This document shows, piece after piece, positions 1 through 14,515 of a stretch of DNA of 64,000 nt. Location: positions 46,252,001 to 46,316,000 of the forward strand of contig OX597826.1 in the NCBI GenBank assembly GCA_951406725.2, given 5' to 3'. A model generated the notes under the pieces. The model was not told the DNA's origin, made no database searches, and saw only the letters and a list, made by a program, of their open reading frames with translations. Origin of the DNA: Octopus vulgaris (lineage: Eukaryota). Positions within the stretch are counted from its first letter, which is position 1, and each line of letters opens with the position of its first letter. Made by a program: the position numbers and the translations under genes.

Positions 1-975
1 CTCTCTCTCTCTTACACACACACTACATCACACTGATTCTGTTTGACAACTACATATCATGTAACATTTATCCAGCCCAAATATTCTACGTTTTATTTTC
101 AAACTGGGCAGATATGGCCTTTCACACCTACCTACAATGTCATCTTAAAAATAAGCAATCACATCATCAAAATTTCAAAGCTACAAGATAATGCATGATT
201 ACTTCAAAACAGTGTGAATAAATATGCATTACAATTGATAGAGCAATTAATATGAAGTGTTGAGCACTCAGTCACTTACATTCCAATTTAATGAACATAT
301 AGTTCAGTTGATCAAACAACTAAAAGCTCATCACTGAAACTGACTAAGATCCATTACTGCCTGAATATACCATTCTATCAATATCAATACATCTTTTTGG
401 ATTGGATTGCCTGTGTTCAATCCACTGCAGGATGAAGACCTCAGCATGACCTCTCTCCACGAACCACAGTCTGATGTGGAAGCCATGAATCTGAGCTTGA
501 GATCATATTGGTTTGATGAGCATAGTCTGCCACACTGACTCAACATAGCTGAGCAGAAGGGTGCAATTTTATATACAGTTACCCAGGAGTAGTTAAATTA
601 ATAATATCAACCCCCAAAGCTTAACTGGTACTTATTTTATCAACCCCGAAAGGATGGAAGGCCTTGGCAGAATTTGAACTCAGAATGTAAGTACAGATGA
701 AATACCACTAAGCATTTTACCCAGTGTAGTATTGATTCTGCTAGCTCACCACCTTATGTTACTGGTACTTAAATAAATAAAAAAAAATCACACATTAGAC
801 TGATGGTATCTGTTCAGGCTCTTAACATTATGAGTCCAAATTCCATCATGGTCACTTGTGAGCTTAACACTATTACCAACAACGGGCTAATTTATGTATA
901 TATATCAATATACATACATACACTCACACATATATACACACACATATATGTGTATATACATACATACAATGGAAT

Positions 976-1030
<55 letters not shown>

Positions 1031-1403
1031 TCAAGCAACCTGTTGCCTGTCACTTTTTCTTATATACAATACATATATACACACACATATATGTGTATAT
1101 ACACACATACAATAATTGTGGTCTTTTTTTAAAAACCATTTTAGAAATTATTTACTCTTATATATATATACACATGTATATATTTGGAGTGTTTTGGAAA
1201 TTCCTTGATACTGTTATAATATTTGGAGAGAAGATTTTTTCTGAAAGAGTTAAGCTTGAGAAAAGAACAAATATATATATAAGCATGCATGCAAGTGTGT
1301 GCATGTATGTGTCCTCCATATTCATATGTTTATGTGTTTCTCTGTGTGTGTGTGTGTGTGTGTTTGCAGGTATGCATATATACATACATATATATACATA
1401 CAT

Positions 1404-1457
<54 letters not shown>

Positions 1458-1567
1458 GTATACACACACACACACACACACACACAGAAACACACAAACA
1501 TATGAATATGGAGGACACATACATGCACACACTTGCATGCATGCTTACGTACATACATGTGCACAAA

Positions 1568-1614
<47 letters not shown>

Positions 1615-1654
1615 CATGCACACACATACTGACCCACATACATGTGCACAAAGA

Positions 1655-1685
<31 letters not shown>

Positions 1686-2718
1686 CACATATATAGCAAT
1701 AATAATTCTCTAAATGAGATATATATATATATATATGAAATGAAGAAATATCTAGATACTTTAGAAAGATTGGTGACATGATACATGTAAATTCAGTACA
1801 GAACCAATACACCTGCTGCGGTATTTTAATAGACATCACAGTAATCTGTGAGTGCTGCACAGCCAAGGTAGCTGAAGATCGCAGGCTTAGATTGAACCAG
1901 CTACCCAAACTTTCAATCCAGGTAATTTTCTTAATTGAGAGAAGGCAGCATGAAGATATCAAAGCTAAAACCACAAAAGCCTGATTTAAGTGGATACCCA
2001 GTCTGCGGAGGATGTCTGAAAAGGGTTGGTGCCTAAATCTCAGTAACAAAAAAAAAAACACAAAAAAAAAAAAATCAATCCAAAAAACAAAAAAAAAAAC
2101 AAACAGGAATTGTAAAAATAAGAAAATAAATAAAAAAAACACATCTCTGTGTACAAGAAAAGCGGCAAAAATTTACAACACAAAAGAATTAGTTTTCCGT
2201 TGATCATGAACGAGAAAATCCAGTAAGCTGTGAGTAATGAATCGAAGCATGATGTCGCATTCACGAGGGAAGACTGGTGCCAAAAACAGGCAAACATCTG
2301 TATATAGAAAGATATTGCATAAATACTCTTATTGCTTCTAATTAGAGCATTGTTTCACATGAAATGATGTCAAAATGAACTCTAACACTGCACAGCAGAA
2401 AATAGGAGCAATTTTTCATGCTATTTAATGAAAGAATGTGTCGTTTTCTACGTTTCAATTAGATTTATTTCAATCCTTGCATAGCAGTAAATATGTAATG
2501 TCTCTAGGATAATTAAGACACAACTCACTTGAAATGGCAGAATCTCAAAGACAAAAATAGAAATAAAAATGACAAGAAATAAAATGTTTTGTATGTAATA
2601 TGTATGTCTGTGAGTGTGTGTGTGCATGAGTCCATGTGTAATGTGTGTGTGTATTTAAGTACTCATGAATGCATATGTGCTTGGATGTGAAAGTGTGAGT
2701 AAAAATTTATATACATAG

Positions 2719-2761
<43 letters not shown>

Positions 2762-3006
2762 CAGACATAAACATATAGGCATATATATATATATAAATCC
2801 ATATACAGACAGACATATATATGTATGTATATATGTATATATATATATGCATATAATCTATATAGATAGATAAGTAGATGAATACACAGACAGAGATGGA
2901 TATATTCCTATGTAAACATATGTATTTAAATAAATGTATGAGCATGCACACATGCGTATAATTATATACACAAACATTGATATATGCATGTGTATATGAA
3001 TGTATG

Positions 3007-3041
<35 letters not shown>

Positions 3042-3054
3042 ATATGTATGTATG

Positions 3055-3111
<57 letters not shown>

Positions 3112-3426
3112 ATTTATATTCATACATATATATATATATATATGCATGAATATACAAACACACACATATAAGTATGAATTCTTCAAGTAGTATTTTCAAT
3201 ATTTCTCTATTGATGGAATAATACTTTTCTGCATTCTTTGATAGGAAAAGTACCAAGATTTGGTGTGAAAAACACCGACAAAACAAGAAAAAGATTCAGC
3301 AAATGTTTAAAAATGTTAAATGCAGTGAAATTATTTCAAGAAAACATAAAGAACTGCCAATTGCAAATAAAGTTAAGACAGTTTTACATACATACAAATG
3401 TATGTATGTGAGTGCATATATATACT

Positions 3427-3466
<40 letters not shown>

Positions 3467-6400
3467 TTCATAGATATATGTATATATATTTACACACATA
3501 CAGATACACTGCACTACGGATACACATACACACATCGTAATAATTTATGTGTGGTGTATACACATAGCTATACATACCTATACACACACACACACATTTA
3601 CTTAAGTGTAGGAAAACACGCGTGAAGACAGGAATGATGACAAGGAAGACGACAAAGATGACAACGATGTGGTGATGCTGATGCTGATGATGATGATGAT
3701 GCTACTATTTGGCTTTTTGTTTTGATTTCCCCCTCTTTTGCCAAGTTTTCGTTCTTGTGGCAGCAGAAAAAGTAAACTTATTTAATAAGTAAACTTGTAA
3801 ATGGCAATAAAATATGCCAATATTTTGCAGAAACCTTAAGCAAGAACTTTACTTACGCTATGCATGTATGTACATATGTGAGTTTGCATATATGTATGTA
3901 AGTATGTGTGTGAATATGAATGTTTATTAAATTAGTCAAAACTATATGAGAATTCATACATATTTTTACAAGATGGCTAGTTTTTGATAGATGCCTGGTT
4001 CAGTGTTTTTAAAATAAAATTTAAAGATTGTACATACATATATACATACATATGTGTGTGTATGTGTATACACATGCATTTTGTGGGTAATAAATATTGT
4101 ATATAGATGGCCCCCAATTATTTGCAAGCATTTTTTTTTAAAGAATGAGAGAGTGTGTCAGTTAAGCTTCCTCCTCACTTCATTTGTGTCACAATCTTCT
4201 TTTCCTTTTTCTTCTGTGCATTTTGTTCGTTTACTCTGGTCGTTTGTATCTCTGTTATCTTTTAGTGACTGTGGCCATGCTGGGGTACTGCCTTGAAGGG
4301 TTTATGTCAAACAAATCAACAAACAAACCTCAGAACTTATACTGTTACTAGTATTCGTTTGCAAAATAAACACCAGTTGTCAAGCAACTGTGAGGGGACA
4401 AACATGAACACTAACTCAAAGACACACACACACACATACACACATATATACATATCTGGTGGGATTCCACACAGTTTCTGCCCACCAAATTCACTCACAA
4501 AGCATTGACTGTCTCAGGGCTATAGGAAGAGATAGTTACCTAAGATGCAATGTAGTGGGACTGAACCCGAATACATGTGGTTGCTACCACACACACACAG
4601 CCATGTCTACACATATGTTTGTATTTATTTATTTTTATTTTTACTTTATTCTACTTATTATTTTGTTGTTGCTGTTGTTTAGACCACCCGCTAACCCTAC
4701 AAGAACCAGAACTAACTGCCATCCTCAAGAAAGTAATCACTAGGTAGTGTGCATCATCGTCATCATTCAACATCTGCCTCCTATGCTGGTATGGGTTGGA
4801 CAGTTTGACAGGAGCCAGCCAACCCATGCCAGCATGCATTGCTAATTGTTCTAGGTGCTGGCAGGGTCACAAGCAATATATATATTCTCTCACCTCTCGA
4901 CAGTCCTATCTGTAATCAGGTGGAATCTCAAGGATATGACAGCAGGAGGAGGGAGAGAGGGTCACACCAGCAGTTGGCAGGTATTCCTGCTCTGCGGAGA
5001 GCAGACTAGAGCAATGTGAAGGACTTGGCCTTACTGAAGGATGTGGAAGGTCCAGGAATCAACTGCATGATCCCAACAACCATAGCACAAGGCCACACAT
5101 GAATCTAATGAAAGGAAACCTATACAATTTTGGGGGAATTCTAATTTTTGAGGTTGTCTTAAACACAGTGGACACTGGACTATATTATCTACTGTGGTGT
5201 TTCTCAAGCTTTCAGTATTGTCTCCTTGTTTTGAATAATACTCGTTCAATGTCCCCTTTGCTGTGAACTGGCAGAATTGTTAGCATGCTTGGGCAAAATG
5301 CTTAGCAGCATTTCGTCCATCTTAATATTCTGAGTTCAAATTCTGCTATGGTCAACTTTGCCTTCCATCCCTTCAGGGTTCATAAAATATGTACCAGTTT
5401 AAGCAGTGGGGTCAACATAATTAACTTACCCTATCCCTTGACATTGCTGGCCTTGTACCAGAATTTGAATATAACATTTAATACACCAGACATAACGATG
5501 CTGACAGGTTGATGGCCATTGCAAGACTACTTGCAATTGAGTCACTTCATCAATATAATATGGTATGTCAAAATGACATTTTGACCAATAATATTAATAA
5601 ATGATATACAGAAGAGGAGGAGTTGGGGGGGGGGCTTAGTTGTATAGGTTAGAAAGAATTTCTGGAGGCAGATTTTCTATGGAGGGATACCCTTCCTGTT
5701 GCTAATTCTTATTTTGTTACGAAGCAGAGTAATGTATCTTATTTGATTGGACAGGGTTTTTTTTACAGAAGACTGGAAACAAACAACACTGCTTGTATGA
5801 CAGTAATGCATGTTTACTACTATTTCTTACTGTTAAGACAAAAGCAGACAGACATACATACACACACACACACATATATTAGAGCAATTAAAAAGTCCAT
5901 TAAAGGCACCTCCACCACTACTACTTACTATCCCATTTGTCTCTAATACCAATATATAAGTTTCCACTACCTGCCTGCTCCTCATTGTGGAGGTGCATGG
6001 CTTAATAGTTAGGGTGTTAGAATCATGATTGGAAGATTGGGGTTTCAATTCCTGGACCGAGTGATGTGTTGTGCTCTTAAGCAAAACACTTCATTTCACA
6101 TTGCACCAGTCCACTTGGCTGGTAAAAATGAGTAATCTTCTAACAGACTGGCATCCCATCCGGGGAGGAACAGAGAAATCAGGAAACCAGCTCCATGCTC
6201 CTTTTGGAGTGATGTAGACTGACCACTACCCTCCCCCCCCCACCGTCACCCACCAGGGGTTGGTATATCCAGGGGCAGCTCGTAGATAAAATTAGTCGGG
6301 GTGCTGCTTCAGAAGATTTTTAGCTGTTGTTTTAATACTGTGCAAATGAAACAAAAATACAAAAAGAAAATTTATACATAAACTTGACCGGTTCACATTT

Positions 6401-7014
6401 TAGCCACTGCCACTGAACAATGCCATGAACACTCCTTGTTTTTCAACAATCCCCCCACCCCCAAAAAATACAAAATAAGGGGGGTGGGAATCTGCCCTAT
6501 TTTTCAAATCCTGGTAGCAATACTGGAAGCAGGATAATAATTTAATTCTACACTATATCACATTCAAGAATATAAACACACTTTTAAGCACATAACACAT
6601 GCGGATCAAAAAGAAACACTATCTTTCACCGGCACTGTATGAAGGACAGTGTTCTCTCTACCTAGGGTGAAGCTTCCTATCTCGGACATGTGAGCATGTG
6701 CACAACAGCCAATCACACCGTCGCTGGAACTGTGAAGTACACAGTTCTCTATACAAGGGTTTTTGTATTTTTTCCATAAACTAGGGGATGGCTACTGACA
6801 TTAAACTTAAGGATTATATAATGTACAATTACAAAGAAAGAATTAAAGAAAAAAGGATTCATTATATTGAATGTTATCAATAATATCAAGTGGAAATAGA
6901 GGGGTGCTGCAGTTCCACAGTGCCTATACACGAGCCACCACTGGGTATAACTTATCTTGAAAGAACAGATTTTGAGTGTGCTCTTTTAATTTCAAGATGG
7001 TATTGTGAACTTAA

Positions 7015-7235
7015 CCCTTTAGTGTTCAGATTACTCGGTTAAATGTAATACTTTTTCACTCAAATTGTTTTGAATTAATCATGCATTATCTTATATCTTT
7101 GAGGTTTCAATGATGTGATTGCTTAGTTTTAGAATGTCAATGTAGGTTAGGTGTGAGGGGCTAGATATGACCAGTTTGAATAAAAAACATGTAGAATATC
7201 TGGGCCAGATATGGCCGGTTTAAACACTAGAGGGT
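7015..7235. mobile_element. piggyBac-type MITE (TTAA-flanked)
   Basis: TTAA-CCCTTTAGTGTT...AACACTAGAGGG-TTAA; same family at ~64-250 (inverted) and 52930-53592 (split by SINE A). Confidence 0.8.
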
Positions 7236-7788
7236 TAAGGAGTAAGACTTATGACTGGTATTTCTAGCACCACGAGTGATAAAGTAGAGAGAGAGACTCC
7301 TTCAAAAGTTTGTTTCTCTATAAGTTGCAACTGTTGTGAAACCATCAACTAACTTTCTTCTTCAGTATACATGCCTACTCTGACAAAAGTAATAAGGTGG
7401 ATTATTTCTGAACATTCATTACCAGCGCATTATATGTGATGACTAAGGCAGTAGTTGCCATTGCATTTAAACTTCTCGACTCATGAATGCATTCAGAAGA
7501 CACACGACAGCAATGGCATGCATTCTGCATTCTATAAATGGAAAAAGGTAATATCTTATTCCTTTATTCTATTGAAAGAAGATTTGGGTTTATTTAAGAT
7601 TTATTAAAGCCATATTGAGACAGAGTCAGCTCCTAACTTATTATGAAAGATAATATCAATACTTGCTCTCATTATAAATATGCGTGTGCGTGTGCATGCG
7701 CATGTGTGTTTGCATGCACATGTATGCGTGTGTGAGTGTATAATATATATATATATATATATTTGCATGCACATGTATGTGTGTGTGA

Positions 7789-7823
<35 letters not shown>

Positions 7824-7893
7824 TGTGTGTGTATATATATATTTATATATATAGAGAGAGAGAGAGACATGTGTGTGTGTGTGTGTGTGTATG

Positions 7894-7935
<42 letters not shown>

Positions 7936-8974
7936 TGTGTGTGTGTGTGTGTATGTATAAATGTCTATCCATAAACAAATGTGCACACACACAAATATAT
8001 ACAGACATATGTATTTATATACATGCATAAGTACATATATATATATATATACATGATGATGATGATGATATATATATACATATATATATATATCAAAATG
8101 ATTATTACATAACTAAATACATACAAACATGCATACATACATACATACACACACATCAACACAAAGCCAATACTTTCTGATCTTCAGCTGATCTACAGCC
8201 ATACAACATTCTTAAACCAGATGACAATTTAAACTGAACTGCATGTTTGTGCATGTATAAAAACGTAAATGCACATACACATGCACTCTATCACATGTGT
8301 CTGTGAGCATGTGCATGCATGTGAGCGTATCTATATGGATTAGTGTGCGTTATCATCTAGAAATGAAAAAAAAACACACAAAAAAACTCAATACTTTAAT
8401 TATAACATGTATAATTTATAGGTACGTGTGCATATGTGTGCACATCTAACCTCACACACACATATATACATAGACACACACATACAATCATCATCTCTGA
8501 AAAAAGTGACATTAGATGATGATGAAGAAGAGGTGGATGATAAAACAATTACAGCATGGAAGACATATGTTAGCCATTTAAGTGTACACAAAGACTGTGA
8601 ACGTCACTTAAACATTTATCATTTGGTGTTAAAATTGTGTTTTTTTTTTTTTTTTTACCAAATGTTAACTGGTCACTGACTTAGCCTTTCGTCCTTTCGG
8701 GGTCGATTAAATAGGTGCCAGTTATGCACTGGGGTCAATGCAATAGACTTAATCACTTTGTCTGTCCTTGTTTATCCTCTCTGTTTAACCATGTGGGCAA
8801 TAAATACATACACATACACACACATATATATACATATATATATATATACATAGATATATATATACATACATAAATATATATATATACATAGATATATGTA
8901 TACATACATAAATATATATATATACATAGATATATGTATACATACATATATGTACACATACATATATGTACACA

Positions 8975-9214
8975 CTCACCCCTACTGTCCCTCTAGCGTC
9001 TGACCTCTGACCTCTGCCCGAAGTCAGAACGCCATGATAGATCGTTAGCTCCTACACGCTTTTTTTTTCTCTCCTTGTTTTTTTTCTGTGTATCTTTCTG
9101 TCGAAGAGCGTAAGCTTGAAACGTAAAAGACTTGTTCTATTTCTATTCCTGAGCACCATTCTAATACATTTGTTTGTTTGTACTCCACCTACCTTCGTCT
9201 TTTGTTTATTTTCG

Positions 9215-9217
<3 letters not shown>
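8975..9217 (+). mobile_element. Short PLE-type 3' end / pseudo-LTR fragment with hammerhead
   Basis: Pyrimidine-rich leader, hammerhead, ~90-nt T-rich tail, then (TA)n; same layout as 40047-40886. Confidence 0.55.
9093..9130 (+). ncRNA. Hammerhead ribozyme variant (core CUGUCGA)
   Basis: TCTTT-CTGTCGA-A-GAGC(GTAA)GCTT-GAAAC-GTA-AAAGA: 5-bp stem I, stem II, palindromic ACGT stem III; A6 is replaced by U. Confidence 0.65.
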
Positions 9218-9261
<44 letters not shown>

Positions 9262-9524
9262 CAGATATACCTGGAATTGCCCAGCTTAAAGACAATAATC
9301 AAATTTTAAAATGCTGTCTAGATTATGCAGGTGTGAAGTGCTAATAGCTGAGATACCAACTTTCTGCATTAATAACTCTCCAGCCCATGCCAGCATGGAA
9401 CATAAATGTTAAGTGAAATGTTAAAAGAAAGTTTTCAACTCATATATGCATATAAAGTAAATACACATAATTCAAAAACACATTTTGTGTAGCTTATTTC
9501 GCAACCAAAGGAAACAGGTACGGA

Positions 9525-10145
9525 TTATAAACAACGAAAGGCCGGTTTTGGTGATTCATTTGACAGAGGTAGTAGAGAGCCAATCCAAAGATATATCTGA
9601 TCTTGGATCTTGAAAGTTTGCATGAATCCTGGCTCAGTTAAATCTCTTGTGGCTCCAAATGATGTCATCTGTAGTGCAGTGTTGTATTGCCTAATTTTGT
9701 TTTGAGAGTGCTTGGAATCTTGCTCAGTTGATGACAACAGTTTCTTCAATGGCTCTGGAGGTTGGGGGATTGCAGGGAGTTTAACCTTTCCATCACTGCA
9801 GCACAGTGCAGGTGTCTCTCCAGGCCACTTTGTTGCTTTACAATATATCCACTCAGTTGTCAGTGCACCAATGGAAACTTTAGCATAATTAACTGCTGCA
9901 TTGTAATTGAAAGCTGCTTCATAGAATTTGCTTCTCTGAGCTGTTACAACTGCTCTTCGTTCTGCAGTGGAGATCCTATTCCTTGTCAGCCATGAATACC
10001 TCTGTTCATCACTTTGAGATGCTCTGGCTTTTGTAGTGCACTGTCTGTCCATTTCTTGGTATGCTTCCCTTTCTGTAGCTGTCTCTCTTTCCCTGGACAG
10101 AGACATTTTTTTGGCTGGCCTTGACATTGTAGACAAATTTGACAT
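9525..10145 (-). mobile_element. Helitron Rep/helicase N-terminal (zinc-finger) fragment
   Basis: YCKATKWPGETPALCCSDGKVKLPAIPQPPEPLKKLL...IRQYNTALQMTSFGA...GFMQTFKIQDQIYLWIGSLLP matches the conserved Helitron RepHel N-terminus; truncated. A degenerate 3'-end-like motif lies at ~9258-9285. Confidence 0.88.
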
Positions 10146-11411
10146 GTAGTTAATAACAAAAAAAAAAGCAAGAAAAAATACAAGGAAAAACAACAAGAGG
10201 ACTTGGTACATGCAAAGTATTAATAAGATGTTCAAGGAAGGAAAGAAAGGGTGATTTACATTTTCAGCAAAGCTCTCCTTCGGAAACAGGAGACAGAGGG
10301 AAGTCCAAGAGAAAAAAAAGATCACCAACAATACTCATGTATTTTACACACAAACACAAATATGAGGTGATTCATAAGCACTCAGCCAAGAGCGCATTGC
10401 ATCTTGCAGCAGAAACACCCATAAGCTAATGCAGTTCATTACATAATTTCTTCTTCCCTTGTCACTTATTACACTAATTATTCGACTAATGCTTTTTTTC
10501 TAAAGCATATGTATATTGAATTCCAACACCAGCTTAGTAGTATCCTCATACTTAAGAAAAATATTTAAATACACACACACACACACACAGATATGTTAAA
10601 GCTTTATTAACCAATCTTCTTACATCTCTTTATTCAGATCTACTTAGCGGCATCAGAAATGTTCAAGATGGGTGTACAGACTGACTGTAATTCATATTGT
10701 GGTGGAAAGCACACATTTTCTTCACCTGTTTATCTACATGGAATAGGAAAAACTGTCCAAGTTTTAATTGCAAGGTTTTCCCACCCACCTTATGTTTTAA
10801 TAAGATAGTCAAAGGAATAGTAGGGCGCTAATCTCACCAGCTGAAAGAGAATGGTGAGATTTGCTTTGCTGTTGATATCTGCCAGAATATGCATACACTA
10901 CAGTGTTACTCATTGCAGAAGTAAGAACAATTCTACTGTAAGTAATATCAGGAATAATGGTATCTTTTATCTTTAATCTCTTTTACTTGTTTCAGTCATT
11001 TGACTGTGGCCATGCAACAGCACTGCCTTTAGTCGAGCAAATCGACCCCAGGATTTATTCTTTGTAAGCCTAGTACTTATTCTGCTGGACCCTTTTGCCG
11101 AACCGCGAAGTTACAGAGACGTAAACACACCATCATTATTATTATTATTGTTATTATCATCATTCTTTTCATTCTTTTTCAGAATTGCTAACATGCTAAG
11201 TAAAATGCTTAGTGGCATTTTATCTGTCTTTACACTGAGTTAAAATTCTGCTGAGGTCAACTTTGCCTTTCAGCCTTTCAGGGTCAATAAATTAAGTACC
11301 AGTTGAGCACTGGGGTCAATGTATATGACTTGTCTTCTTCCTCCAATTTTTGGGCCTTGTGCCTATAGTAAAATATATTATTATTATCATTATTACTATT
11401 ATTATTAGTGC

Positions 11412-11462
<51 letters not shown>

Positions 11463-11555
11463 AAGTACATGCTATATTAGCAAAAATGTTGTCTTGAGGT
11501 TTCGTAACAATAAATCTCCTCAAATTTAAAGAATCTTCCTTGCAGGTCAATGAGA

Positions 11556-12194
11556 TAATTTGACCAATATTTTGTAAAATATACGATATGTTTTTGTGTT
11601 TATGAGCATGGAAGAGAGTGAGAATAAATGATTACTTGCATAGATACAGGTTTGCATATTGTTGTTGTGTAGTTTGGTCACCCCTTGGTCAAGCAGGAAT
11701 GTAACAAGAATAGCTAAGTGCTCAGTTTAACAAGCACCTGATGCTTTTAATTCCTTTAGCAGAAAACTGGATATGTTGGGTGCTAATATGACCACCAGTG
11801 ATTTGTGTGTTGCACATTTGTAGTTGACAATATTATTGTACATCTGTAATTAACAGTGTTACTGCACAGCTGTTGTTGACAGCACTGTTGTACATCTGTA
11901 GTTGACGATGCTATTGTACATCTGTAGTGGACAGTACTATTGTACATTTGTGGTTGACAGCCCTATTGTACACCTGTAGTTGTCAACTGTGCAGTAACAC
12001 TGTTAATTACAGATGTACAATAATATTGTCAACTACAAATGTGCAACACACAAATCACTGGTGGTCATAATAGCACCCAACATATCCAGTTTTCTGCTAA
12101 AGGAATTAAAAGCATCAGGTGCTTGTTAAACTGAGCACTTAGCTATTCTTGTTACATTCCTGCTTGACCAAGGGGTGACCAAACTACACAACAA
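11556..12194. repeat. Templated fold-back insertion copied from 14341-14773
   Basis: 11556-11975 is the reverse complement of 14341-14773; 11987-12196 is a direct copy of 14459-14668; CAGGTCAATGAGA flanks both sides (11543-11555, 12195-12207). Confidence 0.9.
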
Positions 12195-12802
12195 CAGGTC
12201 AATGAGAACTCAGTTCCAACATTTTGCATTTTGTGACTGAGTAGCATTCATGTAATAAAAAAGTTGATGCTCCAAGGAAGCACAGCTAACAGTTTTTTTA
12301 TTAGTTTTAAATAGCTAAAATGGATTCTTTTGCAATATAAATACATATTCGAATAATTAAATCATTAATTTAACCAATTTGACTCCAACATGCCTGAAAC
12401 CACCATTAGTTCCCATGGTGCAAAATCCATGTCATAGAGTGATCTTAGTTTAAAAAACCGTTCATCAAAATATGTTAATTTAAGTGCTAAATACCAGCTT
12501 AACAATGATGAAGTTATTTTACAAAATACTTCATTATTTTCAAAACTAGCTGAAACAGAAACTGTGTATTTCAACAAAAATATGGTTTGAAAAATGGGTT
12601 AAGCAACAGTAAATTATTGAATAATTGAGAATTTGGTGAGAAACACAATATTCCTTAAAATATTTTTTTTCTTTTTTTGACAGTCATTGAAAATACAGTA
12701 AGTATGTGTATGTGTTTGTGTGTAGACACTTACATACATACACACACATATATGTATAATTATACATATATACTTATATAAATGCATGCATATATGCATC
12801 TG

Positions 12803-12857
<55 letters not shown>

Positions 12858-13539
12858 ACACACACACAGATGACCTTTGACATTTCACAGAACATAGAGA
12901 ACCTAGTAGAAAGATATTCTCCACTAGAAAAAAAAAAAGAGAAATGGCAACATACCAATGGTTAGAGACAACTGAACTGAAGAAACAGTTTACTGGAATA
13001 ATACAAAGATAAATCAGAACATTATTTGGAATACAAAGCAATATATGTGAAACTGACATAACTTGTAAACTAATTGGGCGTTTTTGGCAACCTTTAACTT
13101 CATAAAGAACAATGAACCCCAGAGGAGAGCAACTTAAAGCTAGAGTCGGAGAGAAAAATGTCCCTGGCAGTTCCATTGTTGCAGGAATCGATGTCATGAC
13201 TAACAAGAAACAAATAAAAGGAAAGTTGAACTGGTAAAAGTAATTAATTTGAGTCCGAGATGTATGCATCCCTTTAGCTTCAGACAATTGTGGTCAGCAT
13301 AGGAAATGGTTCGACAATGTGAGTGTTGTCGGGACTGACGCTTGTTAAACCAGTGTTTAGCTTAAGGTCATAGATAGCCTGCAGAGAACTGTATTAAGTG
13401 GTGCCAGCGTCTATCAATAAAACTCTTTTCTATACTTACAAATTTGCGTAAATCTTTGTTGCAGTTGCACTGTGCAGTCGCTGAGTTGCTGGTGACAGCG
13501 AAAGGTGGCAGTGACTGCTTTAGCTAGGATTTGCACAGC

Positions 13540-13621
<82 letters not shown>

Positions 13622-14199
13622 CATATGCCACATGCTAGAGAAAGATTTGTTGACAAAAGGAAAAATCTTTGATAATCTCCAGTGGCCTTTGTACGCTACA
13701 CAAAGTTACCGACAAAAAAAAAAATTTTTTTTGTGGAAGTAATTTTTTTCTTTCTTTCTTCCAATTTTTCTCTTTTAATGATGCTGGTGACCATTGTCAT
13801 CTTTATCATCATCATCGTTGATACTTTCATCATCACTGTCATCATAATCTATGTCTGCTTTCCATGCTGGTATGGCTTGGACAGGTTGCCACGGTCAGAG
13901 TCAGCACAGATTTGGGGGTACAGCTCATCTAGACAGGTTGGAAGAACTGCATCTTCATAACAAATATTCATAATTTATTTATATCATATGAAATATTTAT
14001 CATTTACCAATCTGACATTTTCCTAAACATAAAATTAGACAAAAAGTAGAAATAGAACTCAAAAAAGAATATGTCAGTATTAACAGAATTTATTTCAATC
14101 TGGCAAAATTAAATCTTTAACTCATCTGTCCAAAAATTTATCATTATCTATACATCTTATATCACAATTTGTGTATAATAGTTTTGTAATATAGTATTA

Positions 14200-14515
14200 T
14201 TGTCAACTATAGATATACAATATTATAGTGAGCTACAGATGTACAATAGCATTATCAACAACAGATGTACAATCTTTGTGTCAATTTCAGATGCACAATA
14301 GCATTGACAACTGTAGATGTACAATAGTGTTGTCAACTAAAGGTGTACAATAGGGCTGTCAACCACAAATGTACAATAGTACTGTCCACTATACTGTCCA
14401 CTACAGATGTACAATAGCATCGTCAACTACAGATGTACAACAGTGCTGTCAACAACAGCTGTGCAGTAACACTGTTAATTACAGATGTACAATAATATTG
14501 TCAACTACAGATGTG
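14200..14515. repeat. 26-bp minisatellite, ~11-12 degenerate units
   Basis: Unit TGTCAACTACAGATGTACAATAGYRY; spacing 14421 to 14447 is 26 nt. Confidence 0.85.

Noticed and set aside
331-546. 71-aa ORF in non-repetitive sequence
   Set aside because: No recognisable motif or exon boundaries.
12940-13330. Possible decayed LINE C-terminal region (TYQWLETTELK...SIVAG)
   Set aside because: Similarity is too weak and interrupted to support without a profile search.
14200-14515. Regularly spaced, partly palindromic 26-bp repeats resembling a CRISPR array
   Set aside because: No unique spacers, no cas genes, eukaryotic context; this is a minisatellite.
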